DNA of 64,000 nt from Macrostomum lignano (lineage: Eukaryota), in the NCBI GenBank assembly GCA_002269645.1, contig NIVC01001459.1, forward strand, positions 222,130-286,129, given 5' to 3'. Positions 29,900 through 41,841 of the stretch are shown here, piece after piece; the first letter of the stretch is position 1, and each line of letters starts with the position of its first letter. A model generated the notes under the pieces. The model searched no databases and was not told the DNA's origin. It was given only the letters and a program-made list of their open reading frames with translations. The translations under genes were made by a program, and so were the position numbers.

Positions 29900-31830
29900 G
29901 GTGAGGCTCCCTGCGTCTCTGTCTGTCTGTCTTTGTGAGGCTCCCTAAGTCATTCTCGGTTTTAGTGAGGCTCCCTGAGTTACAACTCTGCTTTAGTAAG
30001 GCTACCGGAGTCTGCTGCGTTCTTTTGTGGCTCCCTGCGTCACTTGCGTTTTAGTGAGGCTCCCTGCGTCACTTGCGTTTTAGTGAGGCTCTCTGCGTCA
30101 CTTGCGTTTTAGTGAGGCTCCCTGCGTCACTTGCGTTTTAGTGAGGCTCCCTGCGTCACTTGCGTTTTAGTGAGGCTCCCTGCGTCACTTGCGTTTTAGT
30201 GAGGCTCCCTGTGTCACTCTCCGTTTTAGTGAGGCTCCCTGCGTCACTTGCGTTTTAGTGAGGCTCCCTGCGTCACTTGCGTTTTAGTGAGGCTCCCTGC
30301 GTCACTTGCGTTTTAGTGAGGCTCCCTGCGTCACTTGCGTTTTAGTGAGGCTCCCTGTGTCACTCTCCGTTTTAGTGAGGCTCCCTGCGTCACTTGCGTT
30401 TTAGTGAGGCTCCCTGCGTCACTTGCGTTTTAGTGAGGCTCCCTGCGTCACTCTCCGTTTTAGTGAGGCTCCCTGCGTCACTTGCGTTTTAGTGAGGCTC
30501 CCTGTGTCACTCTCCGTTTTAGTGAGGCTCCCTGCGTCACTTGCGTTTTAGTGAGGCTCTCTGCGTCACTTGCGTTTTAGTGAGGCTCCCTGCGTCACTT
30601 GCGTTTTAGTGAGGCTCCCTGCGTCACTTGCGTTTTAGTGAGGCTCCCTGCGTCACTTGCGTTTTAGTGAGGCTCCCTGCGTCACTCTCCGTTTTAGTGA
30701 GGCTCCCTGCGTCACTTGCGTTTTAGTGAGGCTCCCTGTGTCACTCTCCGTTTTAGTGAGTCTCCCTGCGTCACTCTCCGTTTTAGTGAAGCTCCCTGCG
30801 TCACTTGCGTTTTAGTGAGGCTCCCTGCGTCACTTGCGTTTTAGTGAGGCTCCCTGCGTCACTTGCGTTTTAGTGAGGCTCCCTGCGTCACTTGCGTTTT
30901 AGTGAGGCTCCCTGTGTCACTCTCCGTTTTAGTGAGGCTCCCTGCGCAGGCTCAGAAACATCCTTCTGAACCAGAATCGGAAGGATATTCGAGCCCTTGT
31001 CATGACCCTTACCGGCCATGGCTACCTCGCCAGGCACTGCTTCCTCCGAGGCGACCTCGAGAGCGAAATTTGCCCCTTTTGCGAGTGCGACAATGAAGAT
31101 GCTCAGCACTTTGTCTGTCACTGCCCTTTCTTTAACAGAGACCGGCTACGCTACCTCGGGCCGAACCCGTCCATTGACGAGGTTTGCCAGCCCGACAGCA
31201 TCCCACGGCTCATCCAGTTCCTTCGGGCGACTAGACGAGCCAGTTTCTTCCCAACGGAAGATCACGCTGCAGGACGGACCGGCGGACCACCCTGACCGGC
31301 CCCACGCCTCTGCCTGTCTGCGGGCCTTCAGGGGCTAGCGGAATGGGCGACCCTCGCCTCCCCGCTGTGTCTACGGACCACCCTGCAGCTAAGTCAAGTA
31401 AGTCAAGAGGCTCCCTGCGTCACTTGCGTTTTAGTGAGGCTCCCTGGGTCACTTGCGTTTTAGTGAGGCTCCCTGCGTCACTCTCCGTTTTAGTGAGGCT
31501 CCCTGCGTCACTTGCGTTTTAGTGAGGCTCCCTGTGTCACTCTCCGTTTTAGTGAGGCTCCCTGCGTCACTTGCGTTTTAGTGAGGCTCTCTGCGTCACT
31601 TTCGTTTTAGTGAGGCTCCCTGCGTCACTTGCGTTTTAGTGAGGCTCCCTGCGTCACTTGCGTTTTAGTGAGGCTCCCTGCGTCACTTGCGTTTTAGTGA
31701 GGCTCCCTGCGTCACTCTCCGTTTTAGTGAGGCTCCCTGCGTCACTTGCGTTTTAGTGAGGCTCCCTGTGTCACTCTCCGTTTTAGTGAGTCTCCCTGCG
31801 TCAATTTCCGTCCTAGTGAGGCTCTCCGCG
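29900..31830. repeat. 29/30-bp minisatellite (GTGAGGCTCCCTGCGTCACTTGCGTTTTA) downstream of FUT copy 1
   Basis: Long homogeneous array interrupted by a LINE at 30947-31407. Confidence 0.96.
30947..31407 (+). mobile_element. 5'-truncated LOA/I/R1-group LINE: ORF2 C-terminal CCHC zinc knuckle, 3' UTR and TAAGTCAAG tail
   Basis: LTGHGYLARH...CPFCECDNEDAQHFVCHC; 12-bp TSD AGGCTCCCTGCG at 30935-30946 and 31408-31419. Confidence 0.88.
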
Positions 31831-32160
31831 TCACTCTCTGTTGTGCTGTGACTCTCAAAGTATGCGTTCTGTTTGTTTACGGCAGGCTTCTGAAGTACAT
31901 GCAGCTCTCATTTCTTCTGGTGAGGCTGAATTCCTACTTCAATAGCAGTTGAAGTTATACCTCAAATTCGACGTCAGTTATCATGCAATTCTGATTTGTC
32001 TCCGCTATTTTAAAAGCATATTATGCTGTGTTTTATATTACTTGTGCTTTAACCCGAGTGTACATTCGTCGGAATTCTATGTCGCTCAAATTCTGTATGA
32101 ATAAACTTCTAAACAATTTATGGCACAGCACCGATTCTGCAGCCTTTGAACGACTATGCT

Positions 32161-32361
32161 TGTATTTTCGGCTTTATTGATCGATTGCATTGGATTTATA
32201 AATTGTCAGCGATAGAATAACGATTAGAATAAAAACGACTCGCCCCTGGGGGCAGAGTTTAAAATGTACAGAGCCACGCATACAAAGAGCATGTGACCAA
32301 ATAAAGGAATAGAATAACAAACACAAACACGAAGGCCCAACCTCCACCCGCAAACCTCGCA
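32161..32361 (-). mobile_element. Putative 3' LTR of the adjacent Gypsy fragment
   Basis: On the minus strand: PPT GGGAGAGAGTAG (32362-32373), then TG...TATAAAT...AATAAA...ACA. Homology of the FUT flank to 62.3 kb stops at about 32150. Confidence 0.5.
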
Positions 32362-32419
32362 CTACTCTCTCCCAAGAAAAGCACAAGTGGAGAAACAAAG
32401 ATTCGGAATAAGAGCTCCT

Positions 32420-33210
32420 AGGTGTCCAGCCCGACCCTGCTGGTCGATAACGGCTTCATCCGGTCAGTCGGCGCTTGCCGTTCACAGCCTGCAGCCGGTA
32501 GTTCACTGGGCCGACATTCTTGGCGATGGTATACGGAGCGGACTATCGGTTCGACAGCGCGTCTTGGACTGTAATCCGCGCTTAATCGTCTGGTGCGTCA
32601 GCATCACTCGGTCGTTGATCTTGAATTCGATCGTCTCAGCTCCGATCGGTTGTAGGACTCGTGCTGTGACCACTGAGCGGCGTGCAAATGTGCTCGCACC
32701 ACCTGGAAGCCCCACCGCGGTCGATTGTCGCTTGCATGCAGATCCGCGCGTTGTCCTGCGGCTGGTCGCGCTCGTCTCGCTCACCGCGAGCGCTAAATCG
32801 ACCGGCAGTCTGGACTGCAATTGTCCTTGTTGTAAGGCGACTCGACTGTAGAGATGTGCGCAGAGCTGTTGTAGGCCCATGCACACGACCTAGGGCAGAA
32901 GGGTGTCCCAGCCGGTCTGATTCTCCGAGCGGAAGGTCGAAAGCATGCTGCCAAGCGTGTTGAGCCTCTCGACATTGCCGTTGCCGCTGGGTGAAACGGT
33001 GAGTTCCGCAACCGTTTTAAGCAGTGCGCAGGCCTGCTTAAAAAATTCAGCCTCAAACTGGCGACCTTGATTGGAGTGCACGACTTCGGGAACACCATGC
33101 CGCAGGACAACGCGGCAGACGACGGTAGACGGCGCTGGTCAACAGGGCTTCGGCTACCGTCTTGGCGTCGATTTGGCTGAGTGCCGCAGTCTCGATGTGG
33201 CTCTTAAAAT
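32420..33210 (-). mobile_element. Gypsy/Ty3 integrase fragment (frameshifted)
   Basis: HSNQGRQFE...GNGNVERLN..WD..LP, AYNSS.H.ST..SPY and FKINDRV match the integrase core and GPY/F region. Confidence 0.85.
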
Positions 33211-33309
33211 CTTATTGAAAATTATCAAATTTACGTTGCGGGTGCGTTGCAAATTCCGAAGCCCATTTTTCGGAATTGCAGATTTTTCAGATCAGTTTCC
33301 CTGAGTCTC

Positions 33310-34105
33310 AATCGAGCACGCGAGAAGCTGATGCAGCTCGTAAAGGAAATCGAAAGCTACGAACAGACACGGCTCGGGAAGCATCTGTGCACCATCGACC
33401 GCAGACTCCGCCTTCACCACTTTGCTGCCTGAAGCATCAGCCCAGAAGCCCTTCGTGTTGCTGCAGCATGAAACCCAACCAGGCAACGAGTCCTTGGATC
33501 TCGCTGTGAAACTCACAAATGCTCTGCTTCTCGCACAGCTGCATCACGTCCTTGAAATGCCGGTCGATGCTCAGCTGCAGGTCTCTCAGAGCTCCGCAAA
33601 CGTCGCCCAGCTTCACTCGTCCTTGTTCGTCTCCACCAGACACCGCGTTCTCGAGATCGCTGCACTGCAGCTCCATGCGAGAGCACTGCTCAAGGACGCT
33701 TCGAAGGTCGCTGGTGCTTTCCGCCGCTGCTATCGAGCTGTCGAACTTCTGCAGCACTGCAAAGTCGCTCAGCTTCTGCCTTGCTGCGTCAGTCCTGGCA
33801 GTGAGTCGACTCGTCACAGCTTCCTTGTGCTTCATCAGCGACTCAATGGCTTCATTGAGCAGATCCTCAGCCACCTGCAGCTCCGCTTCTAGCGCCTGCG
33901 AGTCCGTTCTTAGCAGGTCGCGGACGAGCCTCAGAGGCAGCAGCCTCGCTTCGACTCTGGCACGAAGTTTGCGCACTCTGTCGGAGTCTCGGTCCAGGTG
34001 TCTCTGACACAGAGGCTGCGGTGTCTGAGCTCCGTTGCCAGCAGCCGCTGCGCTGCAGGTGGCCAGGGAGCAGCGCTGACTGCCTGTTTGAGTGGCTTCG
34101 GCCAT
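33310..34105 (-). pseudogene. Truncated Zn-motif/coiled-coil/NHL paralog (copy 3)
   Basis: High similarity to 54700-55476; small deletion, frameshift near 33480, and loss of most of the propeller at about 33310. Confidence 0.85.
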
Positions 34106-34296
34106 GGCTCTTCTGAGCTGAAGAGGAGAGTTTGGAGAAGCTGAGGCATTGTGGAGCGTGTGCTCAGGGAACTGCAGAAGCTGCACTTTAGGTCAAATGG
34201 AGGACCTCATTTGGTACAGCGATGGCTTGAAGGGCTGATTAGTAATCCCGATCTCTTCCAATAGCGTAACCATTTTGATTCAAATTTTGTTTGTGA

Positions 34297-35781
34297 TGTA
34301 ACCACGCTCTGGTCGCGGGATAGGGCATGGGAACTTTTTCGAAAGTGCCTCCTATCCCGTGCACCCTCTGCGCAGAGCTGTCGAGACTCGGCCAGGTCTC
34401 CGACCGGGCCTGGAGACTCCCGCTCTGCTGCACCCCTCCTGCTGCCTTGGTCCCGTCTCCCCTGCCGCCACACCTGCCTTTCCGGAGCCCCCTACCCCTT
34501 TCTGTACCTCCCCCTCTACCCTATCTCTTCTGTTTTCCGCCCTATTCTTCCTGTACTTTCCCTATCCCCCCTCTTTTTGTCTCCCTCTGCACTCTTCTCC
34601 TGCGCTGTCCCCTCTTTCTCTGTGTCTACTCACAGTATTTTGTGTGCTCACCGTCTCCCCATCCCCTCTCAAACTCCCAAACGGTGACGCAAGTCGTGTG
34701 ACCCCTTCTCCCCCCGATGACTCATCGATGACTCATCTCCCTCTCTTGCGCAGCCTTTTCTCACGCTATTGTTCTCCTTCCCAAATTTCTCATGCGACAC
34801 CCACCCCACCTCCGCTTCTATTGTTCTCGTTTTTGATTCTTTTGTTCTCTCGACCCCCACCAATTATCACATTTTCTCCGATTTTCTCTTTCTTTTGTTC
34901 TCGTTTTCGCACCTAATTATCACCTTTTCCCCAATGTTTACTTTTCCATTGTTCTCAGTTCTCCCCAATTATCCCCGTTTTCCAATTCCTTTGTTCTCGA
35001 CCCCAGCCCTATTGTTCTCAATGTTTGCTTGCGCAATACTTTCGCGACCACCCGCTGCGCCAATTATCCCCCCACCCCACCTCCGGATTGCGCAATTTCC
35101 CGATTTCTCATGTTGCTATGCCGGTCTCATGCTTCTTATCATGACTCATTCTGACGTCATTCTGCCGGCAGCCAATCAGAGAGAGGGAGCCATGGTAACG
35201 ACCTTGAGGAGGCGGCTGTGAGGTCTATAAAAGAAAGCGATTTCGGCATGAGAATCCTCAGACGTTCTACGTTTTCCCCTTTCCGGGACTTGTTGTCAGA
35301 CTGAGTTCTGACCTATTCGTCTATAAGGCGAATCCCTGCCGGTCCGCGGTCTGTTACCGCCAAGTTATCCTTAGCTCCCCAAGTGAGCTCGCCTATCGGC
35401 CAGCGGTCTGATACCGCCCAGCATCATCAGCATCGCCTGATCTACATCAGCGCCTCGTCGCTTCAGCGCACCGCCGCTTCACTGTCTGCCTGACTGCAGC
35501 CTACAGCCGCCACCGGTCACTCCGCCTCTCTCTCTCTCTCTCTGTGCAGCTGCCGGTAAGTTCCTGTTACTAATTTGTGCTCTGATTGCCTTTGCTTATC
35601 CGGGGTTTGCCTATTTCCGATTGTCTGATTAGAGAGCTGAGCCAATTGTGATACCGTAACTTTTTGCTGTATTTTACTCAATAGTGAAGCCGCCTAATTG
35701 CCTAATTATTCGCCTAAAGGCCTAATTACTAACTACTAACTAACTTCATCATTATTCAATCTTTCACCATCATTTAACTCA
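34297..35781 (+). mobile_element. LTR-like insertion with Pol II promoter motifs
   Basis: Starts TGTAAC; TGACTCA, TGACGTCA, CCAAT and TATAAAA (35142-35232); ...CA|TGG near 35781; absent from the paralogous upstream region at 55.6 kb. No second LTR or TSD found. Confidence 0.45.
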
Positions 35782-36972
35782 TGGCTTGCTAAGCCTTTCT
35801 CCCGGGGTGGCAAAGCATAAGGAAGTTTGGGTAAGCTAATGGCCTCTCCCCGTGCAAAGCTCGCCTGTGAGTGCGTGCTGCGGGGCCGTGTGAGCGTGCA
35901 GTAGAGGGATTAGCGAGTTTTGGCACAGAATGGCAGTAGGAAGGTTGCAACCCCATGCTGACGCGTCCCTTCGCCCTGAGCAATCTAAACTAGAGACAGT
36001 ACATGTTCGCCTCATACTACTCTTAGTAATCAAAGTCGCAAGTCAGCCTCGCTCACAGCCACAAAGGATCCCCTGCTGAGAAATCCTCCAGATTGAGCCC
36101 AGAGTTCCCGATCATGCCCCAAGCAGAGTCCCTGTACTCGGCTGCATGCGTCTCCCCTGTTAGCCTAAATCCCCTGGTAACCAATCCAGGCGGGGCTCTA
36201 GCCTCGAGAGGTCTGGTAGAAAGATCCAGGTGCGCCAGGTCACATAGAGTGGTGGCAGCCACTCGGTCATACCATGACCGAGTGACCAACTATTGCACCT
36301 TGGCTACAGGTGGGGTCCATGTGGGTCCTTGGCCCTCTGGTCACGAAGCGCTACCAAAGCTACTAATCATGTGGGCGGGACAGTCTGGTGCTGGAGGTCC
36401 GTCAGGTCATTGCCCGGTCATAGGCAGCCTACGGTCATTGCCCCCTCTAGCCAAGCGTTCGTCTCTCAATAGGAGCGGACAGGCGACAAGGGCGGTTTCA
36501 TCATTTGCTACTGAAATGATTATTTTGCATCCATTTTTTCACATATCCTCCATAATTAATTTAACCCTCTATGGTATGTCATCAACACATATTTGAGAAC
36601 ATTTGACCAGCATTTTACTAAAACAACGTTTAATTTCTTGTTTGCATGGTTTACTCGTAATGAACAACAGGAATGAAGGTTCCCGCTAGTCGATAATGTA
36701 GAGGAAGTCTTTGTTTAAAGTTTAAATATTTCAGCGGTACTACTTGGAGACTAGCAAGGCTTCAGCAAAGTCAATAGACTACAGACAGGCTATAATTTAA
36801 AGACCAAGTTATGTAATTATTCAAAGAAAATTGAATTATAAAAAATTGGAATATTCAGACTAAATTGCTACATTTTGCATTGGACCAAGTAGCGCAATAC
36901 GCTAATTTAATGACTAAAAAGTATTATAACTGTCATTACACATTTTTATCAAGCAATAAAAATTCACATGTA

Positions 36973-38062
36973 CGAGGGTTGTCCAAGAAATAGTGGGAAA
37001 AACCGGTACAGAGCCTGACTGTGATATTCGAATTTGATGCAACTTGCGTCATATGTAGAAAAACATCCAACGGTTGTTTTGCTTTTTAAATGGGGTAAAA
37101 ATGTCAAGTGATTCAAAAGTCATGCCTATAATTAGAACAAGGGGTAGGGGGTAGAGTCATGGATGAAGGAATAGAATTATGGCCTATCAGATTCCTCCAT
37201 CCATGCATGGGTAGAGTTACACCAAGTCGAGCCTACTATGCTGGCCATCGACTAAACTTTTGATGTTTAGTCAGAACCATCGATTTGAAAACAAAAGCAA
37301 TCGAAGAAGCTGAAGAGAAAAAAAGCACACATAAGCCGTCGAAAAAAGCAGAAGCTAATCTGAAGCAGAAGCAGAAGAAGAACAGCACAAGGAACATCAG
37401 TGGCACCGGCGTAAAGCTGCAAGAAGCATTTTGAATCACGGTACTGATCGTCGATCGCGACAAGACAGCATGAAGCCTCAATGATTTTCGATGAAGCCTC
37501 ACCTTCTGTTGTACGACAATGCTCAACCTCACACGGCAAAGAAAACGCTGGATCATATCAACAACCTTAACTTTGATCTGCTGCCCCACCCGCCGTACTC
37601 ACCAAACTTGGCTCTGAGCGACTATGCCATTTTCCCTCTTTTGAAGAAGCATCTGTGTGGGCGCATCTGTGACCACCGCAACAAGTTGGAACAGGAAGTC
37701 AGGCGAGTTCAGCTCTATGAGATCCCGCGCCGGGCCTATGCAGATGCCATCAATGCGCTCTTCACATGATCGACTAAGTGCTGCACAGGCTGAGGGGTGA
37801 CTCCGTCGAAAATTCATCAATCAAGGGCGATGGCGATGCTTTGTGACCGACTTTGCAGACCCCTCGACTTAGTGTAAACTCTACCCCCTACCCCTTGTTC
37901 TAATTATAGGCATGACTTTTGAATCACTTGACATTTTTACCCCATTTAAAAAGCAAAACAACCGTTGGATGTTTTTCTACATATGACGCAAGTTGCATCA
38001 AATTCGAATATCACAGTCAGGCTCTGTACCGGTTTTTCCCACTATTTCTGGGACAACCCTCG
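36973..38062 (+). mobile_element. Internally deleted mariner (DD34D) element with ~200-bp TIRs
   Basis: TA at 36971-72 and 38063-64; TIRs 36973-37231 and 37863-38062; DNAQPH...PHPPYSPNLALSDY with 34 residues between the Asps (37491-37769). Confidence 0.92.
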
Positions 38063-39101
38063 TATTACATACAAATTAATTCCTTGGTTTGAAACTCAAA
38101 ACAGAGGAAATAATTTGCATATAATTGTTTGTATTAGTTTCTAGTCAGCAACAGGCATACTACTATCTTTAATAAATAATCAATAGTTTCATTTCATTTA
38201 AAGATTCGAATAATTTAATCTCTAATACGGTATCATGTTAAATACGTGCGCTTTAGTGAAGCAGTGTATAAGTAAGACAAAAAAAGTCGAATTCCTATTG
38301 ATCCTATGCACATAAGTTTTCTAAGATACAATTCAAGTATAACATTTTAACACGGGCAGAATTAAGAAACAGCTTGTGAAAATATGTTTTTTCCTTTTCG
38401 CACCAACTTACTTGACTTAGCTGCACGGGGCTCCGTGCGTCCGGAAACAGCGAGGAGGCGTTGCCGCCCATTTCGCTACCCCCTGGAGACCACGGGCAGC
38501 TAGAATTTTTTTCGCACCAACAAGTCAAAGGCGTTACCTGCATACATAAAAAATTGGACAAACACTGGACTCAGTGGACTGTAAATTTGTATGTGGAACT
38601 GGTGGACATACATATTTACGAGACAATTGTTTTGATGTCTATTGGTCTTTGTCCAGCTACAGCCCAGCGTTTAGGGATGACAGTGCAGCGTTTAGCCTGG
38701 CCCACGACTTGAAAATGTATGACCAAAATGGCTGCCGCGGTAGAGGATTACATGCACAAAAACAAGATCGGCTATTACAGGATTCTATTCTCACTCGACA
38801 CGACAGACGTGTGTAGCTGTTATGAAACTCGTCTATTATAAATATTTGCATATCGTCTATAAATTGCAATTGCATTGCAACCAACATCTTCATGCTAAAC
38901 AAAATAGTCGACAAATGGGATCTCCAGACTATGTTCTTGTCGCAGGGAACTCGCAGAGGCCCGCCCCGCTCTCAGGAGGGCGCTCTCAGATTCGAAGCGG
39001 AGGCAAGGAATTGATTCATTGTCTTGCAAAGTGATCGCCATGCAAACGTGCTCGGAAGAAATATCGATACAGTATCTGTCATTAAAGTGATACAGAACAT
39101 C

Positions 39102-39466
39102 TATTATTATTATTAGAGGCAGGGGGTTGTGTGCACCCTGGCGCACTTTAAGCGACATAGGCACACAACCGGCGAGAGGCATTACTGCCCATTCCGCCGA
39201 CTCCCCTGAGCAGGCACACAAGCGCGCGGATACGTACGCAGGCACACACTCACACAGGAGTGTACAGCGGCCCTAACTTTACATTATCGTTAGGCATGTA
39301 CACTTCACTGCGCCTTGGGGGGGTGGCTCTCAAGGCCGTTAATTGCACGAGCAGAGCCAAGCCGAGATTCCAACTCAGCCCCAAATTAATGCGACTGCAC
39401 TTGGAATCGAGCCTGGGTCGCTGGCACACCAGAGCAGCTGCGCTACCGCTGGGCTACGGCCCCCCC
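39102..39466 (-). mobile_element. Full-length tRNA-derived SINE family B
   Basis: A box TAGCCCAGCGG, B box GCTCGATTC, (TAA)n tail, and 14-bp TSD TGATACAGAACATC at 39088-39101 and 39467-39480. Confidence 0.9.
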
Positions 39467-39779
39467 TGATACAGAACATCGCTGCGTGAATTGAATTGGC
39501 AGACACAAACTGTCCATAAATACATGTAGGAAGAAGAAATATGCTTCTTTCACACTCAAGTCAGCGGCCTGTCTAATGGACTACTCGCTCCTAAAATGAA
39601 TAATAAATCGCAAGAGCGAGCCCTAGCTATACCCTGAGCGCTACCCTGCGCGGGCGCTGTCAGATGCTGCTGGGCCACTGCCTCCCCGACCCTGAGCCGG
39701 ACTTTTTTTCTGAAAATAAGACTTAGACAGAGAACTTATAAGATCGGCCTCCATAATTTTTTGCATGCATCGCTAGATT

Positions 39780-40205
39780 CCCGTCCCTGGCAATAGTCCC
39801 TGTGTGGAAAGGCTATATATCCGAAGTACTAGTTGCATGAAAAGGGGCCTGAGTGGTCTTTATCCCCAAGCCTGGAAAGAGCGACTACCAATCGGTGAAG
39901 GCCAGCATTCGCATTTGCCGCACTGCTTCAAGACTCTCGAAAGGTGTGATGGGGACAAAATGCTAACAGACTCCATCCCAGCCCCCCTTCTTCTGAAACA
40001 AAGGTACATGTACAAGCTCATTATTGATCAGCCTCGGCATGAGGCGAGTGACAGCTGGATTGATTCCGAAGTCCACTGTTACATTGACGGCTCAATGAGG
40101 CATATGGCCTCTCAACTTTCAGAGCATGCGTCCTCATCAAGGGAAAAGCGGTGTGAAGCTACTCCAGCACACTGGACTAAACTCTAGTGTTTTTAGAGCG
40201 AGGTC
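39780..40205 (+). mobile_element. Deleted LOA/I-group LINE relic (RT N-terminus joined to RNase H start)
   Basis: VVFIPKPGKSDY...FKTLER and VHCYIDGS motifs across frameshifts. Confidence 0.62.
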
Positions 40206-40969
40206 AAAAAGCTCCACAACTGGTATAATGGGTATTGGTATAAATTGGTATATTTGAGGCAACATTGGCTGCTGCTGTTAAAAGTACACGCAATTGTTGG
40301 TAAAGTACGTTGTTAGTCACAAAAGGTGAAAAAGCCTGACACCAGAAATCGGTACCGTGGCGCAGCTGGTACAGATTTGAGAAGTGTAAAATTCAATAAC
40401 AGTTATTACAGATATCAGCAGGACTAAAAAATCTGCAAGATTCGTTAAGACAGAGGAATAGCAATGCATGCGATTGAGCACTGATCAAGCATCAGATTAG
40501 CAATAACTCACATGTTGCAGAAGGCTTTGAGTCAAACTGTCTGAAAGCGACAAATCAGATGATACTTGAAGTATTTGAGCACGGCTTAACAAATAAACTC
40601 AAACAAAAAATTTTAGCAGCCTCAAGCGGCAGAGGCTCTGAGAAAAACTCTGGAGCAAGCATTCATGTCCGGAATGTCAAGCAATTTAAAACACAGGGGA
40701 ATATGCTTCTGAAAAAGCGGAGAAAAGTCCGACTTTTCTGATAACTGACTGGCACACAAAAAAATCGAATGCGAGGTCAAACTCAAACGGATATTGAAGT
40801 AGGAAGGCACAGCACACGGAGAGTGACACAGGGAGCGTCAATAAAACGGTGAGTGACGCAGGGAGCCTTACAAAAATGGAGTGAGTGACATAAAGAGCCT
40901 CACACTTTACCCTAAGAGAAAAATTATAGTAAAAATACAGTAATGGAATGATTAAAGCCAGCTAATTGA

Positions 40970-41600
40970 CTATAGCTTATGAGCAGAAAAAGGATTGTAA
41001 TCAAGCGGCCTGCACTGCTGGCTAATATTATAGAATTTGTTCAAGTCCACTTCTGCAGCAGTATTGGGCGCCTGCTGCAGCTTGCGGCAGATCTGGCAGA
41101 ACACATTATAAGACGGGTTCCGGTCGTGGTCAACGAAGCCGAAGGTTCGTCTCCAGCGGTGGTAGGCGTTGTACTTCTCAGAATTTGCCGCTAAACTCTT
41201 CAAATGCTCGGCTTGCTTAGCTGGCGACTTGAAGTCTCCAGCGTAGATAAACGAATGCGGCGGGGCCACGGCCTCGAGCTCCTCCTTGGAGTAGCCAGCA
41301 AATGCCACTGGCACCGCGTGGCCCCACAACCCGTTGACGAAGAACTTCTCCGTGATATAGTCGCGACAGAATACATTTTCAAAGCTCAGGTGAAAATAGT
41401 ACTGTCTAGAAAGGTCAACCATGCTCTGACTGTCTGGCAATTCTCTGTCACCACAACGTCCGTAAAAGTGCAGCTCCATGTGCTTGGCGAGCTCCGTCAG
41501 AATCTCTTGCCGACGGTTGGACGGATAGCAGTTGGACACGGCTATGAAGCTGAGGAATCTCTTCTCGGTAAGGGACACTTTCGGAGGCAGAGCGATCGGT
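40970..41600 (-). CDS. GT10 alpha-1,3-fucosyltransferase copy 2, exon 3
   Basis: Near-identical to copy 1 exon 3; acceptor ccctacgttccAG at 41602-41601; ends KL* (4 aa shorter than copy 1). Confidence 0.85.
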
Positions 41601-41841
41601 CTGGAACGTAGGGCAGCGGTTTCGATTCAAAATTTCCTAATTCCCAGGCAGCTTAATTCCTCTAGCTTGTAAGTAAAGATAGCTACTTCACTTCTGGCAT
41701 CAATTCAATCAGTAAATTAAGTGATTCTGAGTACTCGTTATGTTAGGATGGGATGGAGAACAGGGGGAAAGATGGGAAAGGGAGAGCACAGAACGGTAAA
41801 CATTATAGCTTGTACTCGTAAGCTACGTCTTTCCCAATGAA

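Noticed and set aside
36050-36300. LINE endonuclease relic on the minus strand (WGM...LEDF)
   Set aside because: The resemblance is limited to a few residues; too weak to call.
40970-41661. FUT copy 2 as a definite pseudogene
   Set aside because: The stop and frameshift lie upstream of an equally phased, more pyrimidine-rich acceptor conserved in both copies.
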